From positions 3,490,106 through 3,554,105 of the forward strand of contig NZ_LR882967.1 of NCBI RefSeq assembly GCF_904830925.1: a stretch of DNA of 64,000 bases, written 5' to 3'. A model generated the notes under the pieces. The model was not told the origin of the DNA, did not search any database, and saw nothing but the letters and a program-made list of their open reading frames with translations. Origin of the DNA: Planktothrix pseudagardhii. GTDB taxonomy: Bacteria > Cyanobacteriota > Cyanobacteriia > Cyanobacteriales > Microcoleaceae. Shown one piece after another: positions 1 to 9,591 of this stretch (its first letter is position 1; each line of letters begins with the position of its first letter). The translations under genes and the position numbers were made by a program.

Positions 1-200
1 TTTTGACACAATTCAATTCCCGATAACCCCGGTAATAACCAATCAAAAATCGCTAAAGTGTATTGTGTCCATTGATTTTCTAAATAATCCCAAGCTTCTA
101 TCCCATCCTGAACCCAATCTACAACGTAGGCTTTTTGGGTTAATATGCGTTTAATCGCTTCTCCTAAATCGGGCTCATCTTCCACTAATAAAATTCTCAT
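1..200 (-). CDS. Response regulator receiver domain protein (OmpR-type), 3'-partial in window; gene starts at 200 and runs off the window edge
   Basis: The reverse complement of 1-200 translates to MRILLVEDEPDLGEAIKRILTQKAYVVDWVQDGIEAWDYLENQWTQYTLAIFDWLLPGLSGIELCQ. This is a classic CheY-like receiver N-terminus with the acidic pocket (EDE) and the phospho-acceptor D in FDWLLPG. Confidence 0.7.
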   Translation of the reverse strand, partial: MRILLVEDEPDLGEAIKRILTQKAYVVDWVQDGIEAWDYLENQWTQYTLAIFDWLLPGLSGIELCQ

Positions 201-260
201 GGGTTACAATCCCTAAAAGGATATAAAATTTTTTCCAGTATAACCCACAAGAATAGTGTT

Positions 261-1163
261 ATGATTCGCCGACGTTCAACCCCTTGGATTCAGCAAAAAT
301 CCAGATTTATCATTGCTAGTCTCGGAGCCTTTGGTGCAGTAATTACTGCCTATTTAACCTTTGTTAAACTAACAGGGGGAACTGCGGCTTGTCCCGTCAC
401 AGGTTGTGATAAAGTTCTGGAAAGTCCCTATGCGGTTGTCTTTGGTTTACCTCTAGCTTTGTTTGGATTTTTAGCGTATACAATCATGGCTGGGATGGCT
501 GTTTCGCCTTGGTTAATTAACCCAGAAACGCACAAAAGTTTAAGAACAAAAACCGAAGATTGGACATGGCTGTTGATATTTGCTCAAGCGTCCGCCATGA
601 TGGTTTTCAGTGGCTATCTCATGTATTTAATGGCATTTGTCATTAAATCTTTATGTATTTATTGTATTGCTTCTGCTGTTTGTTCAATCAGTTTATTCGT
701 TTTAGCTTTATTAGGTCGAGATTGGGAAGATCGAGGTCAACTCTTTTTTCTTACCGTTGTTGTGGGAATGATCACATTAATTGGAACCTTAGCCGTTTAT
801 TCCCCCATTAATAGCCCTCGTGCTGAAAAAAGTCCCTTTAATATCACAACCACTTCTAACCCGGCAAATATCGAACTGGCTCAATATTTAACGCAGTCTG
901 GAGCAAAAATGTATGGGGCATTTTGGTGCGGTCACTGTCATGAACAAAAAGAATTATTTGGTAAACAAGCGGTGGAAAAATTGCCTTATATTGAATGTGA
1001 GAAAGGAGGGAAAAATCCTCAGCCTGATTTGTGTAAATCTAAGAATATTCAAGGCTATCCGACCTGGGAAGTTAAGGGTCAAATGTATTCAGGAGTCCAA
1101 AGTTTAGAAAAGTTAGCAGAGGTTTCAGGATATCCTGGAACTCGTGATTTTGGTTCGCGTTAA
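261..1163 (+). CDS. Vitamin K epoxide reductase (VKOR) homologue fused to a C-terminal thioredoxin-like domain (cyanobacterial DsbB-like disulfide oxidoreductase)
   Basis: The N-terminal membrane domain carries CPVTGC and the CIYC active site. The C-terminal soluble domain carries a WCGHC thioredoxin motif. The architecture matches cyanobacterial VKOR-Trx proteins. Confidence 0.8.
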   Translation: MIRRRSTPWIQQKSRFIIASLGAFGAVITAYLTFVKLTGGTAACPVTGCDKVLESPYAVVFGLPLALFGFLAYTIMAGMAVSPWLINPETHKSLRTKTEDWTWLLIFAQASAMMVFSGYLMYLMAFVIKSLCIYCIASAVCSISLFVLALLGRDWEDRGQLFFLTVVVGMITLIGTLAVYSPINSPRAEKSPFNITTTSNPANIELAQYLTQSGAKMYGAFWCGHCHEQKELFGKQAVEKLPYIECEKGGKNPQPDLCKSKNIQGYPTWEVKGQMYSGVQSLEKLAEVSGYPGTRDFGSR

Positions 1164-1173
1164 TAGACATAAA

Positions 1174-1225
1174 GTAGAGACGTGCCTGGGCGGAGCCATG
1201 CCGTAGGCTTTTGGCGCGTCTCTAC
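1174..1225. repeat. 52-bp palindromic intergenic element with termini GTAGAGACGTGCC...GGCGCGTCTCTAC (long form of a repeat family)
   Basis: It has perfect 13-bp terminal inverted repeats around a core CTGGGCGGAGCCATGCCGTAGGCTTTTGGC. A near-identical copy lies at 12917-12968 and short 28-bp forms at 28468, 48411 and 51427. It sits between two convergent genes. Confidence 0.8.
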
Positions 1226-1294
1226 AAGAACCTATTGTGTGAAAATGCGAGTTAAATGAGATGAAAATCCTGAATAGCTTGGGATTTTAAGCGT

Positions 1295-2329
1295 TTATTT
1301 TTGAGAAGCCATTTGAGTTTGCAGTTGTTTTTTAGCTTCTTTGAACTGAGTCGCTAACTGCTCTTGTTCACTGGTTGAGAAATTGCGCCGAATTACAGCA
1401 AAGACATCATTTTCTTCCTCACGAGTATGGTGATTTACCATATCTTTGACTTGTTTAATTTTATCTTTGAACAGTGCGGACGTTGGACTCAAAGATTTAA
1501 GTTCTTCTAAAACCACTTTCAACTCAGCTTGTTCATTATACAGATTTTGAGTATCATCATAGAAAGAACGAACTTGAGGATAAAGGACTTGTTCTTCAGC
1601 TTCGGAATGGACACTTAAATCTTTGTATAATTGTCCGAAATATTCTTGAATTTTTTGAGAATCATTGCAATTTTCAATTTCAGCAATTAACGTTTTAGCC
1701 TTCTGATGATCCATCCGAATTACATCTTGAATATTCATATCGGACTTATCAGAACTTTGGGTAACAGCACTTCCCATCACCCCAGATAAGGCTGCAATCG
1801 CATCTTGAACTCGTCCCCAAATACTTTGATCAGGAGCTTGACCCGTTAATTCTTGGGTTCCTAAATATTCTAAAATTCCTTTGAGTTTTTCTTGATGAGC
1901 GCGGTTTTCAAAGTTAACTGTATTTAAAGGTGTAATAGCAGCTTCCACATCAGCACCGACCACTTGAGCCGCTTTATGAACCAATAAACCAGACATGACT
2001 TGTCCATGCTTCAGCAGTTCATGTTGAGCCACTTTTTCATAGAAAGTTAAGTCAGATTTGTTCATCATCTCTTTGGCGAGATCAATCATTTTCGTGGCTT
2101 GTTCTTTCGGTTGAGATTGAATGCCATATTGGGTAATAACGGTATCAATGATGCCAATATTTTTGTTGTCATCATCTAACATTTCTTGGAATTGTTGACG
2201 AATTTCAGGAACATTACACTCCCGAATAAACATCTGTTCTGTTTCGATTAACAGTTGTTGGACAGATTTCATGGTTGCCAGTTTTTGACCAATTGCTTCC
2301 CGTTTTGCATCCGTTAAAGTCGTTACCAT
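1295..2329 (-). CDS. Hemerythrin HHE cation-binding domain protein (two-part; N-terminal region possibly ferritin-like)
   Basis: The C-terminal half carries H...E / HSEAEEQVLYP / NHHTREEENDVF motifs typical of hemerythrin-like HHE domains. The ORF has no internal stops. Confidence 0.45.
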   Translation of the reverse strand: MVTTLTDAKREAIGQKLATMKSVQQLLIETEQMFIRECNVPEIRQQFQEMLDDDNKNIGIIDTVITQYGIQSQPKEQATKMIDLAKEMMNKSDLTFYEKVAQHELLKHGQVMSGLLVHKAAQVVGADVEAAITPLNTVNFENRAHQEKLKGILEYLGTQELTGQAPDQSIWGRVQDAIAALSGVMGSAVTQSSDKSDMNIQDVIRMDHQKAKTLIAEIENCNDSQKIQEYFGQLYKDLSVHSEAEEQVLYPQVRSFYDDTQNLYNEQAELKVVLEELKSLSPTSALFKDKIKQVKDMVNHHTREEENDVFAVIRRNFSTSEQEQLATQFKEAKKQLQTQMASQK

Positions 2330-2553
2330 GTTGTGTTCTCCAAACTTCTAAATTTCATTTTCATAGATTCTAATTTTGCATAGAAAAAAAAGGAATTCCT
2401 CATCCATAAGGCAGATCTAATGTTCAAGTTTTTACAAATGGATTGTTCAGTTTGTTTTAAATAACAACCGAAATCAGATTTTCAGATAAAATCCTTCAAT
2501 ATTTCGTAATTTCCCAACAGATAACTAATAACTGCCCATTACCCCTTCCCTTG

Positions 2554-4698
2554 TTACTTGAGCACTCTGGTTGCATTAAAGATTGCCAGTAGTGCCACTC
2601 CCACATCAGCAAATACTGCCTCCCACAAGGTTGCTATCCCAATCACACCCAAACCGATAAACAACCCTTTAATTCCCATTGCCAGTACAATATTCTGCAC
2701 CACAATCTGGCGAGTATTTTTAGCAACTTGAATCGCCTCCGCTACTTTAGACGGAGCATCCGTCATAATCACCACATCCGCCGTTTCAATTGCTGCATCT
2801 GATCCCAATCCTCCCATCGCCATACCGATATCCGCCCTAGCAATCACAGGCGTATCGTTGATGCCATCCCCGACAAACGCAACTTTGCTGTTTCCAGATC
2901 GACTCAGCAAAGCCTCAATTGCCTCTACTTTTCCTTCGGGTAACAATTCAGCCTTATAGGAATCTACACCCAACTGCTCTGCAATGCTTTTAGCAACAAT
3001 GCCGTTGTCACCCGTCAGCATCACTGTATGTTCAACACCAACAGCTTTAAGGTCTTGAATTGCTTTAACGGCATCGTCCTTAATTTCATCGGCAATTAAA
3101 ATATAGCCTGCATAGCGTCCCTCAACAGCGAGATGAACAACAGTACCCTCAACATTGCAGGTATCGTGGTCAATGTTTTCTCGATGCAAAAGCCGATCAT
3201 TTCCGGCGAGAACAACTTGATTGTTCACCGTCGCCCGAATGCCATAACCCGCAATTTCTTCATAGTTCGTGACATCGGCATCATCAATGGGTTGACCATA
3301 AGCTTCTCGAATTGATTCTGCAATTGGGTGGCTAGAATGGGATTCAGTTTGAGCCGCTATCTTCAGCAGTTCTAATTCGGAAAAATTGTTTTGAGTTACA
3401 ATTTTCGCCACTTTAAACACACCTTTAGTTAAGGTTCCAGTTTTATCAAAAACAACGGTTTTAACTGCTGTTAGAATATCCAGAAATATCGAACCTTTAA
3501 CTAAAATTCCTCGTTTAGCAGCGCCTCCAATACCACCAAAGTAACCCAAAGGAATACTAATAACGAGTCCGCAGGGGCAGGAAATTACCAGCAGAATTAG
3601 GGCGCGGTAAACCCATTCCGTGTGAGTTGCACTGGGAATGAAGAGTGGCGGTAGAAGGGCTACAGCTAGGGACAGAACAACGACAACGGGGGTGTAATAA
3701 CGAGCAAATTGGGTAATAAATTTCTCAGTTTCTGCTTTTTTGCTAGTCGCGTTTTCAACTAAATCGAGAATTTTAGCAATGGAAGATTCCCCAAAGGGTT
3801 TGGTGACTTGTACAGTCAGCACACCCGTTTGATTAATCATTCCTGCAAGAACGACTTCTCCGACCTTCACTGTCCGGGGAACGGATTCTCCGGTTAATGC
3901 TGAAGTATCGATTTGAGAATAGCCTTCGAGAATTTCACCATCTAAGGGAATCTTTTCTCCAGGTTTGACAATAATAATATCCCCCACATTAACAATTTCT
4001 GGGGAGACTGCTTTGAGAGTGCCATTGAGTTTCAGATTAGCCGTGTCGGGGCGAACTTCCAGCACAGATTTGATAGAACGACGAGAACGACCCACTGCGT
4101 ATTCTTGAAACAATTCTCCGATGCGGAAAAACAGCATAACGGCGACGGCTTCAGGAAGTTGATGAATGGCGATCGCCCCGACCGTCGCAATGGTCATCAA
4201 AAAGTTCTCATCAAACACCTGTCCCCGGAGAATGTTCCGTCCCGCCGCTTTTAATACTGTTGAGCCACTGATCAAATAAGCGGGAATGAACACGGCATAC
4301 TCAGCAATGCTGTAGGGTGTATGGTGAAGTGGCTGTTCAAAGACTATTCCTAGCACAAGCAGGACAACTACTCCGAACACGGGAATCAGTTCTTGTTTCA
4401 GGTTAAACTCCCCTGAGCCGTGATGATGGCTGTGGTCATGGTCATGGTTATGGTTATGGTCATGAGCCTCTGGGCTGATGATGGTGAAGCCTAGAGAGAT
4501 GACGCGATCACGGATTTCCTGTTCACTCACCTGCTTTGGGTCATAGGTCACACTTAAACGTTCCGTCGCCACACTCACAGATATATGTGCCACACCCGGT
4601 ATTTTCTGTACACCTGCCTCGATCTTGGCTGCACAGCTACCGCAATCCATACCACCGACCTGCATCTGTTGAGTTTTCACCGAAGGAGTTTGAGTCAT
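2554..4698 (-). CDS. Heavy-metal translocating P1B-type ATPase, Zn/Cd/Pb type (ZiaA/ZntA/CadA-like)
   Basis: It has an N-terminal HMA domain (GMDCGSCAAKIE), a His-rich stretch (HDHNHNHDHDHSHHH), a CPC transmembrane motif (SCPCGLVIS), the DKTGTLT phosphorylation site and a GDGINDTP hinge. Confidence 0.9.
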   Translation of the reverse strand: MTQTPSVKTQQMQVGGMDCGSCAAKIEAGVQKIPGVAHISVSVATERLSVTYDPKQVSEQEIRDRVISLGFTIISPEAHDHNHNHDHDHSHHHGSGEFNLKQELIPVFGVVVLLVLGIVFEQPLHHTPYSIAEYAVFIPAYLISGSTVLKAAGRNILRGQVFDENFLMTIATVGAIAIHQLPEAVAVMLFFRIGELFQEYAVGRSRRSIKSVLEVRPDTANLKLNGTLKAVSPEIVNVGDIIIVKPGEKIPLDGEILEGYSQIDTSALTGESVPRTVKVGEVVLAGMINQTGVLTVQVTKPFGESSIAKILDLVENATSKKAETEKFITQFARYYTPVVVVLSLAVALLPPLFIPSATHTEWVYRALILLVISCPCGLVISIPLGYFGGIGGAAKRGILVKGSIFLDILTAVKTVVFDKTGTLTKGVFKVAKIVTQNNFSELELLKIAAQTESHSSHPIAESIREAYGQPIDDADVTNYEEIAGYGIRATVNNQVVLAGNDRLLHRENIDHDTCNVEGTVVHLAVEGRYAGYILIADEIKDDAVKAIQDLKAVGVEHTVMLTGDNGIVAKSIAEQLGVDSYKAELLPEGKVEAIEALLSRSGNSKVAFVGDGINDTPVIARADIGMAMGGLGSDAAIETADVVIMTDAPSKVAEAIQVAKNTRQIVVQNIVLAMGIKGLFIGLGVIGIATLWEAVFADVGVALLAIFNATRVLK

Positions 4699-4911
4699 TG
4701 CTCGTTTGCTGAATTAATCGTAATGATCAGCATTGTAGTCAAATTCTTGAAAGATCTGAGCCGTTTTTTTCTAATAAAAATGATTCTCATTCTAAGCTGC
4801 TTAGGTCAATCAATTACATTGATAGGAATTAGTTATAATTAAACTAACGTCTAGGTCAATAATGTTGAGCCAATGAAAGCTCTACATCAGAGAACGTTGT
4901 GAGGTGAAATT

Positions 4912-5256
4912 ATGAATCGTAAGTCTATTTTCTACACATTGATGATTGAACTTCTAACGGGTGGTACTGCCACAACTTTAGCCTTAGTCCTCGCCTTTAA
5001 GACCTTTTCTCAGACTTCTCAAGCCTCACCGATTCCTTCTCCATCGACTCAATTTCCTCAAGCCGTTCCTGGGATGGGGGGGATGATGGGGCAACCGGAT
5101 CAACACTTCACCGTGATGATGATTCCCCATCACGAAGGAGCGATCGCAATGGCAGACCTAGCACTTCAGCGATCGCAGCATCCCGAAATCCTTACCCTTG
5201 CCCAATTCATCAAAGACAGTCAAACCCGTGAGATCGAGAAGATGCGAACTTGGTAA
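4912..5256 (+). CDS. DUF305-family protein (single MIPHHEGAIAMA repeat; possibly C-terminally truncated)
   Basis: It has a signal/TM segment, a Pro/Ser/Gln/Met-rich linker, then the MMIPHHEGAIAMADLAL...EIEKMRTW motif characteristic of DUF305. It is only 114 aa, whereas DUF305 proteins usually carry two such repeats. Confidence 0.55.
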   Translation: MNRKSIFYTLMIELLTGGTATTLALVLAFKTFSQTSQASPIPSPSTQFPQAVPGMGGMMGQPDQHFTVMMIPHHEGAIAMADLALQRSQHPEILTLAQFIKDSQTREIEKMRTW

Positions 5257-5339
5257 AATGAGATTTGATGGCATCAGGTAATTCTTCTAAACTTTGATAG
5301 GGCATTAATTCCCCCTTCTCTTCCTAAAATAAACACTAT

Positions 5340-5702
5340 TTACCACCAAATTCGATTTCCATTTTCATCCATCCTAGCTTGACGAATAACATCAGAAATT
5401 TCTTCCGCATCTCTAACATGATGAAGAGCTTTTCTTTCTCCATCAGGATATTCAACCATAAAATAAGTCGGAACAACAATATGATCTCCGGTAATATCTG
5501 GAGCATCCACCGCAACTTGTTTAGCTTTTTCAGCTAAGGTTTTAGACTCATCAATCCGGTCTCCAGGATTAGCTGTGAGTGTTTTTCCATTTTTTTCTAA
5601 CTCTTCCTTTTGCCAACGTTTTTGTTGAGGATCAACTTCCTGAGCATTCATCGGTTGTTCAAATTCTTTTAAATTCGCTCTAGGTTCAGAATCACGATTC
5701 AT
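5340..5702 (-). CDS. Hypothetical protein
   Basis: It is a 120-aa ORF on the strand of its neighbours with no recognisable motif. It is acidic and hydrophilic. Confidence 0.4.
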   Translation of the reverse strand: MNRDSEPRANLKEFEQPMNAQEVDPQQKRWQKEELEKNGKTLTANPGDRIDESKTLAEKAKQVAVDAPDITGDHIVVPTYFMVEYPDGERKALHHVRDAEEISDVIRQARMDENGNRIWW

Positions 5703-5902
5703 TTTAAATCTCCTTATATAATTTTTAAACCTATTTATACTTTAATTAGTCCTACCTCTAACCTTCATCTTTCCCTAGGAATAACCTAAACAAGTTCTAC
5801 AATTATTGAGCAAAAATTGAGGTTTGGAGATCAAACGTGAAAATCAAAAACCCGATTTCTTCAAGAAACCGGGTTTTTATAATTAATAGACTCTCACAAA
5901 CT

Positions 5903-7594
5903 TTAACTTCCTAATACCGAATTTGTAATGGATTTAAGCGATTGATAAGCTTCTGTCAAAGTTTGAGAAACGGGTTGTTGATGGTGTAAAAATACTCTGG
6001 CACAATTGCGACCCGGTAAGCCAGAAATTGAACCACCTGGATGGGTTCCTGCTCCGGTTAAAAATAGCCCTTTAATGGGAGTGTGATAATTAGCGATTTC
6101 GGGTAAAGGGCGGAAGAACATCATTTGTTCTAAAGTCATATCAATGTGATAATAATTGCCATTAAAAGCTCCTAATCTTTCTCCTAATTCTGCCGGACTT
6201 TCAACTCGACGAGCAATAATTGATTGTTTTAAATTCGGAGAATAGTCCGCTAATTTATCTAAAACTCGATCCGCCACTTTATTCTTTAATTCATCTGTCC
6301 AACCTGTTCCTTTTAATCCCGTTCCTTCGGCTCCCTCAATTTTATAAGGGGCAAAAAATTCAATCCAAAGGGTATGTTTTCCTTCAGGAGCCATCGTTGG
6401 ATCAAGCATTGTTGGAACCACAACATACATCGAAGGATCAGCATCAGGAATTTTGCCTAAAGTAGTATCATGGTGAGCAATTTCCACCTGTTTAACGGAG
6501 TCTGCAATTAATACAGAACCTATCAAATATTCGTCTCGATGATCATGATGTTCAAAACGCAAAGGTTCCGATAATGCACAATCAATTTTAAGAATAGTTT
6601 CATTATTATTAACAATCCGCCGTTCTAACCGTTCTCGCAATTCAGAATCTGCATCATCGACATCCGCAGCATCCATTAAATTCAAAAACAAGCGTTTAGC
6701 ATCAATATTAGAAATTACCCCTTTATTCGCTCGATATTCTTTGCCATTGGCGACTCTAACTCCTATCGCTTTTCCATCATCAACTAATACTTTTTCAACG
6801 TGTTGATCCGTTAAAATCATACCGCCATGAGCTTGAATTAAATTTAATAAGGCTTGAACTAATGCTCCTGTTCCGCCTTTGGGTCTTGCCATTCCTGGAT
6901 GGTGTCGCATGGTCATCATCATCGCACCGACGGCGAGATTTTTTTGTGAAGGAGGCGTTCCTAATTCTGAGGCTAACCGAGCTAAAGGTGCTTTGAGAAA
7001 TTCCTCATCAAACCATTCATTTAATAAGTCCTCAGCACTGGTTAACATGGTTCGAGCAAAATCCAGAGCTTTTTCGGGAGAACCCAGAACAGAAAACAAA
7101 TCTTTCAGTTTACTAATATTGTAATTTCCAGCAATATCAATAACAGATTGAGGAGGAGCGCTAAAAATTGGAATCGCAGCATTAATAAACCGTTGCCAAA
7201 ATCCGACAAAATCTCGATATTTAGCGGCATCTCTGGAGTTATATCGTCCAATTTCAGCACAGGTTTCTTCAATGGATTTATGAGCTAAAAAGTATTTGCC
7301 ATCAGGATGAGGACAAAATACAATCGGATCACAAAATAAATATTCTAAGCCATATTTATGCAGTTCTAATTCCTCCACTACTGGCCCTAAATGAATAAAT
7401 TCATGATCAATCGCACACAGATTAAATTTAAACCCTGGAGCTTCTTGGGGAAGGGCTTCTTCTGTGGTAGCTGCTCCCCCAGGAACAGAACGTTTTTCGA
7501 GTAATAAAACACTGTATCCTGCTTTTAAAAGATAGGAAGCACAAGTTAAACCGTTGTGACCTGCTCCAATAATAATAACGTCGTAAGTTTCCAT
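5903..7594 (-). CDS. Phytoene-desaturase-family NAD(P)/FAD-dependent oxidoreductase (CrtI/CrtH-like, COG1233)
   Basis: It has an N-terminal Rossmann dinucleotide fold (YDVIIIGAGHNGLTCASYLLKAGYSVLLLEKR) and a C-terminal LFLTGAGTHPGGSISGLPG motif typical of the CrtI family. It is 563 aa. Confidence 0.75.
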   Translation of the reverse strand: METYDVIIIGAGHNGLTCASYLLKAGYSVLLLEKRSVPGGAATTEEALPQEAPGFKFNLCAIDHEFIHLGPVVEELELHKYGLEYLFCDPIVFCPHPDGKYFLAHKSIEETCAEIGRYNSRDAAKYRDFVGFWQRFINAAIPIFSAPPQSVIDIAGNYNISKLKDLFSVLGSPEKALDFARTMLTSAEDLLNEWFDEEFLKAPLARLASELGTPPSQKNLAVGAMMMTMRHHPGMARPKGGTGALVQALLNLIQAHGGMILTDQHVEKVLVDDGKAIGVRVANGKEYRANKGVISNIDAKRLFLNLMDAADVDDADSELRERLERRIVNNNETILKIDCALSEPLRFEHHDHRDEYLIGSVLIADSVKQVEIAHHDTTLGKIPDADPSMYVVVPTMLDPTMAPEGKHTLWIEFFAPYKIEGAEGTGLKGTGWTDELKNKVADRVLDKLADYSPNLKQSIIARRVESPAELGERLGAFNGNYYHIDMTLEQMMFFRPLPEIANYHTPIKGLFLTGAGTHPGGSISGLPGRNCARVFLHHQQPVSQTLTEAYQSLKSITNSVLGS

Positions 7595-7683
7595 GATTAA
7601 TATCTTTGTGTTGAAGTTTTTTGATAGAATTATAGGGGGGCATTAAGACTCTAAAAAAATGCACCCCTAGTCCGAAAAAATAT

Positions 7684-8205
7684 TTAAGCTTGGTGAGGAT
7701 TTCCATCCCCAATAACAGCAATTTTATGGCGATAGACTAATTCACCTCCATACCATCCTGTAATTCCTAAAAGTCCAGCTACAACTAAAGACAGAATAAT
7801 TCCCCAAGGAGCAATACTATCAATAACATTATCCCACCGTAAAAATAAACTAATTCCTGATAATACTAAAGCAGCAATATTACCGACCATGTGAATCCAT
7901 CCTGCTTTATGTTCTCGGACTCGATGAATTTTAAAGAAATCTAACATTCCTGTTAATCCGGCTAAAAGCCCGGTTATAATGCCACCTACAATTAACCAAA
8001 ATGATGCGGTTGCCCAAAATGAGGAATGGGTGAATAAAAATAGAATATCTGTCAATAAAGCTGTTGTTAAAAATGCAACGGGAAAGGTGACAATAAGAGG
8101 ATGCAGAGGATGTCCTAAAATCGCCACAGTGCTAGGAATTCCACTATCATAATATTCCCGTTCGTTGCCTTCAATTAAAGGTTCTAAATGAGTAATGCGG
8201 GTCAT
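7684..8205 (-). CDS. Membrane protein, DUF2231-like (His/Pro motif HPLHPLIVTFPVAF)
   Basis: It has four or five predicted TM helices. The start was chosen at MTRITHLEP. The upstream extension to 8262 has no support and overlaps nothing conserved. Confidence 0.45.
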   Translation of the reverse strand: MTRITHLEPLIEGNEREYYDSGIPSTVAILGHPLHPLIVTFPVAFLTTALLTDILFLFTHSSFWATASFWLIVGGIITGLLAGLTGMLDFFKIHRVREHKAGWIHMVGNIAALVLSGISLFLRWDNVIDSIAPWGIILSLVVAGLLGITGWYGGELVYRHKIAVIGDGNPHQA

Positions 8206-8268
8206 GAGTTGATCTCCAATTGAAAATGTAGGTAAATGTCTGAGGTTGAGCAGAAACTTCAACCAAAA

Positions 8269-9015
8269 CTAACTAGCGGATGGAAAAGACTCAACATCGG
8301 CTTCTGCTAACAAGGTGATTTTTTGATGCTCTAAATTTAAGCGTTGAATGCGAAGATTTACCCCTTTCAAGTTAAAATTATCTAAATTTAAGAGTTCGCT
8401 AGATTCCTCAATTAACGCCTGAGTTAATTCAGGAGAAACCTTCTCTCCTTGAGAATATTGAATATCCTTAAGTTGAATCGTTTTGCGATCTAAACTGACC
8501 TCCGGTAAAGCTGTAAATGCAATTTTTGAGGATTCTCCCTTGGGGCGTGAAATCAGATAAGCTTGGAGAAAAAATCGACCATCTCCAGGGAGTTTGAATT
8601 CAACAGCTTGAGTATCAATGGTGTTCTGATTTCCCTCAACTGCTATTTCTAAACCTTGCAGTTTTTTGAGAATATAATCAGAATTAAAAGCGCGATTAAT
8701 ATCAACTTCTGTTAACACAACTTCAGCCGTTGCTTGGGTCGGATGTTTAAGTTCAATTTGTCCGAAAGCAACACTCAAGGGATTAATAGAAATTGCAGAA
8801 GTTTTCATCTCCATTTTTTCCATTCTCAAGTCGCTTTTCATCACCATTCCCGTTCCTGAAATTGTGGCTGAGTCAACTTGACCCTGAACTAACTTAATCG
8901 GATCAGTATTAACATTGACATCCAGTTCTTCAACTTCATCTAATTGACTAGCTAGAGTCATTTCTGCTAGTTTGCTTAAAGCTTGTTCTCCTAAACCATT
9001 GTCTTTCTGACTCAC
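8269..9015 (-). CDS. Hypothetical protein (possibly DUF2993/LmeA-like)
   Basis: It is a 248-aa hydrophilic ORF. The N-terminal LSKLAEMTLASQLDEVEELDVNV pattern resembles the DUF2993 family. This call is weak. Confidence 0.4.
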   Translation of the reverse strand: MSQKDNGLGEQALSKLAEMTLASQLDEVEELDVNVNTDPIKLVQGQVDSATISGTGMVMKSDLRMEKMEMKTSAISINPLSVAFGQIELKHPTQATAEVVLTEVDINRAFNSDYILKKLQGLEIAVEGNQNTIDTQAVEFKLPGDGRFFLQAYLISRPKGESSKIAFTALPEVSLDRKTIQLKDIQYSQGEKVSPELTQALIEESSELLNLDNFNLKGVNLRIQRLNLEHQKITLLAEADVESFPSAS

Positions 9016-9185
9016 TCAAATTATCCTCAGTCTGGGTTTAGGATATTGTATGAAATTGGCTCAAACTGTTGTATCTATATTTAGGTAGAGAACCGGATTA
9101 AGTTTATACCTCCTGATGGAAAAATATCTCGATATTTGTCATAATCTATTCCTGAAGAAAGAGGAGAACAATATTTTTTTTGATA

Positions 9186-9316
9186 ATATAGCAATCCCAA
9201 ATAGGTTGTGATAATTTAAAACTGATATGAAACAGCTAGAAGTATTACCCCTGTTCCCTGTTCCCTGTTCCCTTTTGAGCAGAAATTTTGGATACAACTC
9301 AAATAGGATTGCTATA
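9186..9316. mobile_element. MITE-like element sharing terminal inverted repeats with the IS630-family element at 17.8 kb (TATAGCAATCCCAAATAGG ... CAAATAGGATTGCTATAG); contains an internal heptamer array
   Basis: The left end ATATAGCAATCCCAAATAGGTTGTG matches the sequence next to the transposase at 17835-17859 at 24 of 25 positions. The right end is the inverted complement. The internal CCCTGTT x3 array lies at 9247-9273. Confidence 0.5.
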
Positions 9317-9327
9317 GTAGTTTTAGT

Positions 9328-9550
9328 AATGTTTATTTCTATTGGACAACTATGTTGGACAATTGCAGGGTTTATGAGTCGTGGTTCCCGCTTTATTGCG
9401 CCTCTGTGTCGGACTTGTTTAGAAATTTGTGAAGCTTGCGCTAAAGAATGTCAAAAACACAATAATACTCACTGTCAAAGCTGTGCTACAGCTTGCCAAA
9501 ATGCAGCCGAAGAATACCGGAAAATTGCAATGGTGGGTGCTGCGATTTAA
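9328..9550 (+). CDS. Cys-rich four-helix-bundle copper-binding protein family (DUF326), C-terminal half only
   Basis: CRTCLEICEACAKECQKHNNTHCQSCATACQNAAEEY matches the repeated CxxC-x3-CxxC pattern of DUF326. The 9227 start of the listed ORF reads through the MITE and heptamer repeat, so a later ATG at 9328 is preferred. The N-terminal half typical of the family is missing. Confidence 0.5.
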
Positions 9551-9591
9551 GGTTGTCTTTTAATCATAATAACGAAATCTCTAGCTATTCT

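Noticed and set aside
3133-3315. Short ORFs antisense to or nested in the metal ATPase, CrtI-like and other long genes (3133-3315, 4585-4842, 6220-6465, 6879-7124, 7428-7721, 11675-11911, 14652-14873, 17132-17317, 21518-21721, 21989-22474, 23158-23748, 24987-25205, 26076-26525, 27129-27335, 27753-27935, 30021-30259, 30650-30859, 31958-32193, 32498-32854, 34487-34684, 36679-37603, 43887-45483, 46255-46707, 48671-49077, 50065-50253, 50698-50940, 54467-54697, 55344-55583, 61895-62210, 62382-62684)
   Set aside because: Each lies inside or antisense to a much longer ORF with clear family motifs. They have odd composition and no motifs, so they were treated as frame-shadow ORFs.
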